The position numbers and the translations under genes are program-made. A stretch of 64,000 bases of DNA, from the NCBI GenBank assembly GCA_002633005.1, contig NMRA01000012.1:2062550-2126549 (forward strand), given 5' to 3'. The notes below the pieces were generated by a model, which did not search any database, was not told the origin of the DNA, and saw nothing but the letters and a program-made list of their open reading frames with translations. Position 1 is the stretch's first letter, and each line of letters begins with the position of its first letter. This DNA is from Phoronis australis (lineage: Eukaryota; Animalia; Phoronida). Positions 12,269-23,300 of this stretch are shown here, piece by piece.

Positions 12269-15149
12269 ACATCCAGTGGTTCCGTCCAATTCAACAGGCA
12301 GCTATCTGTGGTCGGTGCTTTCAGAGAGAGAGAGAGAGGATTATAGAATATTCAGCTTTTAAAAGAGGATTTATTTTTGTCACTAATTGAAACAACTTTA
12401 CCTCACTTAAACAGTGTTGGTAATTATCAGCTTCCAATACTGTTTGTCTCATTGAAGTTGCCTTAAATGGAGTTCACGTTCTTTTTGCTTGGTCACAACT
12501 ATTTAAAAGTTTTCTTAGGTTTTTGTTCAGTTTTATTTTCTGGTGACTTGGACCTAATATGGAACAGTCATTCCGAATTAATCACTGTCCACAGCATCTG
12601 TTCTTTCCACTTCCTTCAAAACAATGTAATTTGTAGACATTACAGTGTGTCTCACAAGATTTGCCCATAAATAAGTGCTTTATATTTTGAAATTGAGAAA
12701 ATAACAAAGCATTTAAACCGCGTTTTTCTTATAATTGTGTACAAATAGCGATTGGTTACCTATCAGGAGCCCAATTTCTCTCGAGTAAGCTAACTGCTGG
12801 ACTCATCTTTCATCTGGGCATTGAGCGAGGACTCTGCTCAAAAGCCTGTTAAAATCATGTGGAGCAGAGATGGTAGCTTTGAAGTTCCCACCATCTATGA
12901 GTGCCTTGCCCTGCATGACTACCAAGGGCTACTCAAACTTTGCCAAAGGTCAACCCTTGATGTCACATGTTCAAGAGTTGCCGCTCAGTGCCCCGATGTA
13001 GGATCAAAAGTAACTTCGAGAGCTAAGCTTCTCGAGGGAAATCTGGCTGTTGATGTGTAACTATGGCTATTTGTTACTCTAAGTGCCAGTAGTAGGAACA
13101 TTCAAGTTGGTGGTTAAGTCTTGGTTTTAAACATTGTTCACATGTGTATTGTTCATTTTGTAATTGATTTCCTTACATTGCATGTGTAATTTTTTCTTCT
13201 GTTCCATGCCAAACATACTGTGGTATGTATTCTGCAGTCTCATGGTCGTTGTAATGAGGATTTCTACTTGATGTGTAGTCATCACAGTGGGAAATTGCTA
13301 GTCAGTTTATGGATTATTTTTAGTGTCTACTGCAGATTGGTGAATCACTAGGAATTGGAAAGTAGGGCCAGTATTCAGTGCAGTCAGTTATAATTGTTCG
13401 TGTTTACTAATGTTCCAGATGCAAGGTTTTTGTTCATCTGCTAAAATTATGTTTATTCAGTAGTACAGTGCTTCCGGCTCCATCCAGGTACTTTGAGGTA
13501 GTGGTGGACTTCCCCTTTTGGTAGAATTGCTATACTTTCTTCAAAACAAGATTCGAAATTGTTAATATTAAAAGCCAATTTATTCTTTCAAAGCCCAATT
13601 GTACCACATTAGTTGTAAGATTTCATCATTTCTCAAATATTAAAGCCTCTAAGATCAAAGTTTGTGGACTTATTGTTTGCCCTGTGAATTATCCGCATCA
13701 CACTGCATTGTGCAAGTGTAGTATGTAAGTTGGTTTATAATTTACTTCATTTTTACAACCACGTAAACATTCATTTTACTCAGCTGTGTTAGGTGCTAGT
13801 CATCGGTTATGATCGTCATTTACTTTTAGTGCAGTGTCGCCATGAAAAACGTTATTGTAGATGTTTTCAAATGTAGCATGTTGAAAAGTCTAGATAGAGT
13901 AGAATTCATGCATTGCTTCTGCGCCTCATCAAATTATTGCTATTAGAAGTTGGATTTTTTTACTTTAATTTATTACTGCCCAGTGGTTTTAAATGAGCAA
14001 CAAGGCATCAAGGTTTGTGGTTTTCAGTTTAATCTTTGGGTTAACATTTTGGTATTTTCTAAACTGCAGCAGCATAGTTTCCTGACTTTCGCATTTGTTC
14101 AAATGAAAATGAATTTATCCAAAATTATATTTCTTTAATAAAGTTGGACTGTGACATCAAAGTATTCTCTTATTTTCAAATTCTAACAGCGTTTGTTAAA
14201 ACACGCAGGCAAGTGCATGAACTAAACCAACAATAACATAGAACTAAGTCGGAGTTGAGCACTAACCCAACTTGTGTTTGTCCAACTTGTGTGAGTTTTG
14301 CTGTTTCCCAGATACTGAATAAATTGGTAAGACTGGAAATGCTGATGCTAGCTCTTATCTAATTGGTGAATTCTTCAAAAAGAAATCGAAAATGATGCTA
14401 AAATCCATTACTGGTGATAAACAGCAAAACAAAATTGGGAGACCCACATCTATACAAAGTAAACCAAAACCCAGCGATTTGAGTTTCCACTCTTAAGCAT
14501 AGGTGTGCCAGATCATCAAGAACAAGTTATAAGTCCAGGTTATCTGTTATCAGTGTGAACATAACCTACCTCCCGCATGGGCAGTGCAACTCGGAGTACA
14601 CTGTAAATTTGCATATTTGATGCGTAGCCTACTGCGGCTTTGACTTCCAACTTGTTGTCGGCAGTCAGGGCCACTTTTTGACAAAATTTGATTTTGGCAA
14701 AAAATTCATGTGACACATGCTATTCCACATGGTGCAGCGTCAATTTGTTACTCTTTTTGGGAAGAGGTGTTGGAAGCAATTGACTCGACTGCACTTGCTA
14801 AACTGCACCAAATACATTTTTGTGGTATTATGCAAGTCTTAGTGTAAAGTTATTTTTAATCAAAAATTTCCTCCTTGTCACAGCTCCATCTTATTTTGAG
14901 CCTTTATTTAAGTAATTATATAATACTTTATTTTCATACTCTTCTAATTGTACACATCAGCTTTGTATTTTACTTTACATCATTTCTGATTGGGCCACTT
15001 GGAATTCGGCCGATTCACTGAAGTGGTTACACAGTTTTTCAAACCAGTTTAAATAATAATAATAACAATAACAGTGGGACATGCAAACAATTACTGACAC
15101 TGATCATTGTGCACCGTGAGAGTTTAAATCAAACTTAACACACCTTCAG

Positions 15150-15292
15150 CCATGTAATCATTACCATGTAATCATTACCATGTAATCATTACCATGTAAT
15201 CATTACCATGTAATCATTACCGTGTAATCATTACCATGTAATCATTACCGTGTAATCCTTACCATGTAATCATTACCATGTAATCCTTACCA
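15150..15292. repeat. 14-bp minisatellite (CCATGTAATCATTA) x about 10, in the GSTT 3' UTR
   Basis: Direct reading; lies about 10 bp downstream of the GSTT stop codon. Confidence 0.95.
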
Positions 15293-15301
15293 CTACAGAC
15301 T

Positions 15302-18300
15302 TCACAATTTAGACATCCCTTCAAACATTGGCTTCATCTTATAAACCAGAAAGTGGGCCTCGTCATAATATGGATTGAGTTGTTGCCGTACTCTCTCCAA
15401 GTACTGGTCAAGAATGGGGTGATTTTTGCGGAAATCGTAGCCAGCGGCAATTGGTTGCATAAGTTCACATGAGCCCAGAACGTCAGCTATAGACAGTTGG
15501 TCACTATTCAGAAATGGCGTATCCTTGAGGAAGACATTTTCAATCTTGTCCAAACTCTTCTCCAGAAGTTCTCTGTAAAACTCCAGTTTTTCCTCATCAA
15601 TTGGTGCATTATTCAGACGTGGTTTGATGACCTGAAATGAAACACCTGTATGTGTAATGCCACAATCCCACCTCCACAATGAGTTTTTCTCCAATTACAA
15701 TCAGTTACCTTGCAGACAACTGGAAAACCAGACGTATATACTCATCAATTTTGTAAATTCACCAGTACACCCTCACAATTCTCCATTTATTTCATGTAAA
15801 AATAATTACCATTTTCCAAAAGTAATACATGACAACACAATAAAAATAATACAACATGGCACAAAGACTGGTAGAGAAAGAGGAATAAACTATAAATAAA
15901 GGCACCTGACACTTGCACGGTTTTATGGCGCAGTTGCAGTTTCGCATGGGGAAACATGCCATTTCATGCTCTGGTTTTGCGCTATTTCACACATAATGTA
16001 AACATGGTTCACAACAGAAATGGGTCACAATGGTATGGTAGGACACGCCAAAGGTTACGTACTGTGCACGCCTCCATCAATCACAGCACGTGAACATTGA
16101 TACCATGATGGTATGTAAAGACACGCACAGTCGCCAGTCCTCATGTGTACGCCATGACTTATTCATGTATGATTCACGTTTGCTTCCTGATAATCAATAC
16201 GTGCCAAATTTTTTAACATTTTGAACTTCTCTTTACGACATGACACGTTCTCGCACATTTCAAATACAATTCACTCTCATTCCCGAGAAAATTTAATAAT
16301 TGCAAATTCAAATTGCATGCCACACATGCCATGAGTTTGTGCACGTGCCAGGGGGGTTCAAGTATGACAAATAAGGCCAACAAAGGTACAAGTAAAAAGA
16401 TTAAAAGTGAAATATTGATCATGACTTTGTTTGCATCTGCAATCAGATTGTTACCAATCTGTAACCTATTTATCCAAAATTTATCACTGCAAATGTATAG
16501 CGAGTGATTAACGTCACTGAATGCACTCCAGGCTAACCTTTGTTTGAAAGTATTGGGCCGAAGGTAGTCTTGTGTTGAACTGATGCCAACATATATACTC
16601 CTCAATCCTGGCTCTCTTCTGCACGTCCTGGGGATACCAGTGATCAGGTAGACGTAAGGTTGTGCTCAGGTATTTCATTATGGCAACACTGTGGATAGAG
16701 AACACACTGACTGTACACTGGACAGTGCAAACCGACTACCAAGACAGGCCTAGCTCACAATTGGTATCGATATTGATGTGGTTAGGATCTATATAGGAAT
16801 GATGAAGTGAGACTTTCGAGAACAATCTGGCCAAATGCACCACCAGTTGCACACAGCAATATTGATAAGACCTCGCCCATTTACAAACATCACCGTAAAC
16901 AACACAACGACCACTTAGGATATCTTCAGATTCGTTACAATCAGAAAAATCAGCAAAGAAAGTTCTTTAAAAAAATTGACCCAGAACTGGTATTTTTGCG
17001 ATACTGACATGACGAGTTCTGTGTAATAGTAGTCCTGCATTGAGACCTCAAGTCATAAAACACTTGGCCTTGGGTACATTGGTTCACAATAGATTATGTA
17101 TGAAAATTACAAAGAGATAATTTTTTTAATTCACATTTCAGATTTCACTCTCATGAGCCTCCGGGTTTGATATATGGAGTGATACTAGACACAGCACACT
17201 ATGACCAACACTATGGAAAAATACGCAGTGACTGGGCACACCAATGGTAAAAATTGCATAATGTAGGACAGTTACATCTGATGCATGACCAAATACAGGA
17301 CCTCTTTAAACAGAGCTCTTTTCAAGCTGAAACATTTCGATGATTTAGCGCCACTTAATCTATCAAATTTCCTAATCGTAAATAATATATCTATCATTTA
17401 ACTAATTGAACAAATACTGTATTTGTTTGAGAAACTGAAATTCTTGTTTGTCTCTGCACACTGATAATTATTTGCAAAGTAAACTATGTTAGCACTATGA
17501 CGTCAATAGCACTCAGTATTTGTATCGGATTAACCTGACCTTTTTATGTTACTATGATGGTTTATTATGGAAGCCGAGCCAAGATCAAAATTTAAGTAGA
17601 TTTTGTGGTCTTTTATTTAACAAGCAGGTTGTTGACATTCAACAATTACAGTACATGAAAGGAGTTTGATGTTAGCACATAGAATGCCCAGGAATAGCAC
17701 AAATTAATTACCATACTTCATCAACAGCAAATCAGAAGTGAACCTTATGAAATTGTATACCTTTCTGTCAGCAAAAATCCTCCATGGTCGATAGCTGGTA
17801 CCAATTGGAAGGGGTTAATTTTCTTATATTCTTCTGTCAAATGTTCTCCTGCAAAGAAATTTAATCAATATTTATTGATAAAAGAGATTTGTCACAGAGA
17901 CAAGTTGAACATATAATAACTGCTAGCCATGTTCAAAATCTATTCATTCTGGTTTTACACATTTGGCACCGCCAATTAGGCAATTACAAATGCACAGATC
18001 GTTAAACTGCAATAAATCAAGTTTGAAGTGATAATGAAATAGCCATTATAGTGCAGTGTGTATATCATGAGAAGTTAAAAATGCAAACATGCCACAGAAA
18101 AACCTTCAAGGTTATGTAGGACCTCATCGTCATGTCTGTGAATTCAGCCAAATATCTGCAAAACTAGAGATTTTAACTAATTAGTAAAAGTATATATTTT
18201 CTTTAAGTGGAAAGCCTGCAGTATTGGCTTTTGACTTTTTAACACTCTAACCATTGAAGCATATGACCATGTCTTTTTGAAATGTAAGTTGACAGCAAAA

Positions 18301-20189
18301 CATTGGAATCAACATGACCAAATTTCATTCACTATGAATGTTCGAGATGAAATCTCAAAAACACTGAACAGTTTTTTAAATTACCTATCATTTCTTTAAA
18401 CAAATTATCATTTTTTTTCCATAAAATCATAAAACACCTATGAATTATAACCCCTCAAAAGCAGAGCATTTTAAAAAATATTCCTATCAGCATGATAGAG
18501 ATCTATGTATAAAGTAGAGTATCTGTTATGCAATCGTTACCATTCACACAGACACTTAGAACAGTTACAATACAATACTTCATGGTTTTAGTCACTAGTC
18601 ACCAGTACAATCGCTTTACGATTCACCACAGTCAGGTTGACTAAATAAGCTGATATTTGCCATTTACCACAATAGCGTTCAACGATATCACTGGTGGATA
18701 TTTGTGACAACAAGGCTCGTCACTCAAATAATCATGTTTTCTATTCACCCGACAAAGTTTTCAATGATCGCATATTTATCACGGGTTACATGCCATGTTA
18801 GTTAAATGAGATTTTTACTATTCACAGGGCAAACTTTCAATGATTGCATTGGTTAATAACCGTAAATACTGAAAACATCACAAACTTGACTGACAAACGT
18901 GAATCAAGTTTTTGCTATTTACCTGACAAACATGTCGGCTCTCATCTACTAACATTATCGCGCAGCTGCATGAGGTTAGGGACACTAAAAAAATAATTTG
19001 TTTGACTGGGACTAAGATTTGGCTATAGGCCGGAAATGAAAAATTGTTCGTGCCAAAACCGTGGGGTTGGCTGCATGGTGATAAGAAAACAGTGACCAAT
19101 CGATGGCTTCAGGCTCAGCGTTGACTTGGCTACAGGCGGGAGGGAGAGGTGAGGGGTGTTGGCCATGGAATCGAGTTAAAGAGTCATTTTGCCGGTCGAG
19201 TTAAACAGTTATTTTGCCCTATCAGTGATATAATTGTTTGGATAGACATTTTGGTGACATGACGTCATATCTCCCAGTGCGAGCAGTGTAAAAATGGCCA
19301 GTCAGTGCAGATTTGGGCAACTGAACTGGTTACGGGAGTATTCGTTCGAGTTGAAAGGAAGTAACGACATCAATGGCCTCCTAAGATGTTTTTCTTCTAT
19401 GCACAAAAGGTACTTATAGCATCATGACATTGATGCCTTTCTAAATCACTTGCAAAGTGGCAATTGCCTCTGGTTGAATAGTATGGACGCTCGGCTATCA
19501 CACATGCAATGCGGGTTCAAGTCCTAGTGTCAGCAAAATTTTTTACATTGGCGCCCAATGACAATGTGGGGCAAAACCCACGACAAATCCTGATGTGTAA
19601 ATAGATGTTCAGAGTGGCAGATGGAGAGGGGACCGGCCTAGTAGTGGTGGATCCAGAGCTGGGATCTTGCTGAAATCTGCAGCCAGGAGGTGCGCCAGTT
19701 CCATGAAAGGGGGAGGAGTGCGGTCAGGCGTGACTTCAGGGTGTGACATACAAATGCATAAAGCCTCTCTAAATGATCGCTTGCCTGGTGCAGTAGTAGG
19801 CAACTCTTCGCTGAGCCGATAGACACTCAGCTCTCACCCATGCACCTTGGGTTCAAGTACAGAAACACAGTGAGGTACAATTCGCCGAAAAGCTTCTGGC
19901 GTATGAAGACCCTATGGAAGCATCACCGTCTCTACTGCAGTAGAGTAGAGACGGTGCACTGTCTAGCATAGCCCAAGCCCTAGGCTATGACAGGCCTATG
20001 CCATCATCATCATGGCATATTCATAGGCAGTTCAGTTTTGAATTCTGTAACTGTTGACAAGGTAAAAGGAAGCGTGTTACCTTTCCTCAGCGCAATTTTT
20101 TTGTCAATGAAAGAAATGTTGTTGATCTTTAAAAAGATAAAAACAGATCGAGAAGGTTGTGACATCAAATCATAATACACTTTCAACAT
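15302..20189 (-). CDS. GSTT1: Glutathione S-transferase theta class (GSTT1-like), 4 exons, 225 aa
   Basis: Exons 20081-20189, 17761-17848, 16538-16688, 15302-15631 join in frame. N-terminus MLKVYYDLMSQPSRSV (theta catalytic Ser motif), then INPFQLVPAIDHGGFLLTESVAI, DHWYPQDVQKRARIEEY, SIADVLGSCELMQP. Confidence 0.95.
18109..18530 (+). mobile_element. Kolobok-like MITE family, copy 4 (3'-truncated)
   Basis: Starts AGGTTATGTAGGACC and is colinear with copies 2 and 3. Confidence 0.7.
19435..19860 (+). mobile_element. Degenerate miniature LTR element (TRIM) with tRNA-like LTRs, in GSTT intron 1
   Basis: Partial 5' LTR ending TTTTACA (19547). PBS-like TGGCGCCCAA..TGTGGGGC (19549-19572). PPT GAAAGGGGGAGGAG (19705-19718) followed by TG. 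Second repeat copy to about 19860. Both repeats carry GGGTTCAAGT (B-box-like). Confidence 0.65.
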
Positions 20190-20367
20190 GATGCTGCACC
20201 GGCGTCGACGTCGTCACAGTTTTCAGGGATCTTTTGCTATTTCTTAAAGGGATCAAAGTTCAAGGTCGATAAATATGGGTCAAGCACTTGCGGACCAATG
20301 ATGTAAAAGATGACTGATCGACAACCAATCACTTGCTCGATTGTAAGTCAGGGAAATTTAAAACAAC
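20190..20367. promoter_or_regulatory. Bidirectional promoter between GSTT and MYO19
   Basis: Divergent ATGs at 20189 (-) and 20368 (+). Two CCAAT motifs (about 20296 and 20325), CpG enrichment, and YY1-like CAACATGGCG at the MYO19 start. Confidence 0.7.
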
Positions 20368-23300
20368 ATGGCGAACGTCTTGAAGTTGTCGCAAGCTTTA
20401 CCTTTGGAGAAAAATACGTATAGGCATAAGGTATTTTAATGAAGTGAGACAGTCAAAGTGTCCATGTTGCGTCAGTAATGTTTGTATAAACAATAGCTGG
20501 ATTATTTAGGAATACAGTAGCCCTAATAGTCTGATTTGGTTGATTGTGTACATATGTTCCGTTGTTTACTCTACAAATTTAGGGCTATTTAGGCAATGAC
20601 CATCGCCTCTGCTGGCTCTACCAACAGAGGCGATGGTCATTGCGTACATTCAAGTCAAATGTCAATTTAGTAGACACATAGACAGTGACCACAGTGACTA
20701 GCTAACCCCGGTATAGACAGCGACCACTGTCTCAAGCTGGCCAGTAGAGACGGTGTAGCTCTAAGCCAAGGGCTTCATACACTGGAAATTTTTCTGCAAA
20801 TTATGCCTCACAGCGACTAAACATCAACTCAAAGTCATGTTGTTATAAATAACTTTTGCGCATGGAGCCATAGAGGACACCTTAGGGCTTAGGCCGATGT
20901 CTTTAATTCCTTCCAACTCTAATAAATTCTCCCGTTATCAAACTTTTTCATCAAGCAGTTGATCCTTCGTTCAGTTGCCAAAATCGGAAGCTGGCCATTT
21001 CTAACACTGCGCGCAGCAGGTGGTATGACGTCATTCCCCTGGCAGAACTTCTCGAAGAAAAATTTTGATAATGGGAGTATTTGTTTGAGTTGGAAGGAAT
21101 TAAAGACATTGATGGCCTCAAGGTGTCCCTCTTGCGCAAAAGGTACTTAGTCACAAAGTGACTTTGATTTCCTAATCAGTGTCAGGCATAATTTGATGAA
21201 AAGCTTCCAGCGTATGAAGCTCCTATAGCAGCTACGCCGTCCCTACTGATCCAGCTAAATGCAGTGGTAGTGGTCACTGTCTTGCCCCGGTAGAGACGGT
21301 GAAGCTCCTATGGGAGTTGTTAGATGTTTTCAGCATGACAACCACTTTGTTTTGTTAGGGTGAGCAAACCACTACTATGGTCGAAATGCAGCAAGAGCAT
21401 TCATTTGCCATAATTCATAGTTTTCACAAGCTCACAGCAAACCGTGGAAAATGAGCCATCAAAATGTTTGAGCTTCCCATTACAAAAAATGGGGACTTTA
21501 ATGAATATTTTTGAAAAATTAAAAAGTAATATGAGTACTCACATTTTTCACTCACCTTAAGTTCTTGTGACTTCAAATTTTCTGCTGCTGAATGACCATT
21601 ACTGAACCAATTTTAATGGTATACATCAAACTATGTGCAAAAATACTGCTTTCAATCCTCAATGTACACGTTTTAGTTTTTTGTTTTACTTTACTGTCTT
21701 ACCACTTTCTCACCTGAAAAATCGTGAAAGTGTACAAGCAATGTCATAATCACTAATTCACTTGTCATAAAATTCCAGTTTATTTCACCTTTTCCATTTA
21801 GGAACTCTTCCAAAAAGGTAAACTTAGTAATTTTCCAAGTACCATGATGACCTTGTTAGGGTTCAAGCTAAACTCAAACCTGACTAGTTTGTTTAAGTCT
21901 TATAGTACAATTTATTTATGTTTAATCAAAGGTACACACCGTTTTATGGTATGCTCTATAATTATGATTGCAAAAACAATAAATATATCTTACTTGGAAA
22001 AATAATTCACATACCCACACAGGATTTCAAATAAATGACACAATGAAAATACTCCTTTTGAATTTTTTTAATTTTTTTTTAATTTCATTTTTTGCAATTG
22101 TATCAAAATTTGTTTGTTGTTCATAAGAAACATTTTACAAGACCGTAGTACTTCTTAAAGTGTCCAGTCATTTCCAATGTGATAAGTTGTTCTCTTTCAA
22201 AACAGCCCTTGTCCAACTTAGCTTCATGGGCAAAAATGTCTTGTCACAAACAAGTCAATGATGAAGTTTTCAACTATTGATCTTCTTCCTGCAAAATAGT
22301 TTGTGGTTTGGTGGGACACCAACCTTGTTTAACTCCAAACTGGTGTTTCAGTGCTGTAGTTTCATGTTTTTCATTTTTTTAAAACATCAGAAGCGAAATA
22401 AATGCCATTACTTTAATAATGTGATGTGCCACAAGAATGTCCCCATTTAAAATGTTTGGACCCGTTTCATTCTTTTCTATGTGCGTCTTAATATGGAGTA
22501 GCAGTGACACCTGTTGCCAAAATATAAACCACACATCTGCATTTTTCTTGTGTTGGAAACTGCAGCTTTGATGACTCGTACAGAATATCAAGCTAGTTAA
22601 GGTGATATGATAAACTTTATAACAGCAATTTGACTTGAGATCACCGAAAAACAGTGCACTCATTGTTCAACCAATATCTGTAATACCTGTTTGGTAAGCT
22701 ATTTGGTTGTTTTCGTAAATTTAGACATAAAAGTCTTGATCCACACAGTTTTTTAGTAAAAAAGCTCACTTCAAGGGAGCAGTTTTTGTAACTTAGATGT
22801 AAAAGCCTTGTTCTACGCATTTTTTGTAGGGGTTTACTGGCTAATGGTTGTGGGGATGGGGGTAAATAATGCATCATTGGAATCATGGACACCCTGGAAT
22901 ATTGGGAACCCCATTTTGGACACCCTATTTTTGAAATCCTGGATAGAGCCCTGTGTGATGTCTATGCCGTGTTGTTAACATATTTTTAAAGGACCCTCCA
23001 TCTTGTTTCAGCATAACAGTGAACAATGGTTTCCCAAATATACTGTTGGCATTTTGTGTGGCCTGAAATTAAGGAGTGCTGTTTGCTAAAAGAAGACTTG
23101 CTTTGAGGCTCTAAAATTGAAATAACTCGAGAACCGTCCAATTTGATGTCTAAAGCTATCATTTGAAACTATTTTCAAGTGTTCCTGGTGAATACTGCTT
23201 TGCACACCCTAGCAAAATGTAGATGACCATTAACAGTTGTCCAGTGCTGTGAATAGTTCAGCTGGTACTGTTGCAGTTTTGTTTGAATTCTCTTGACTAT

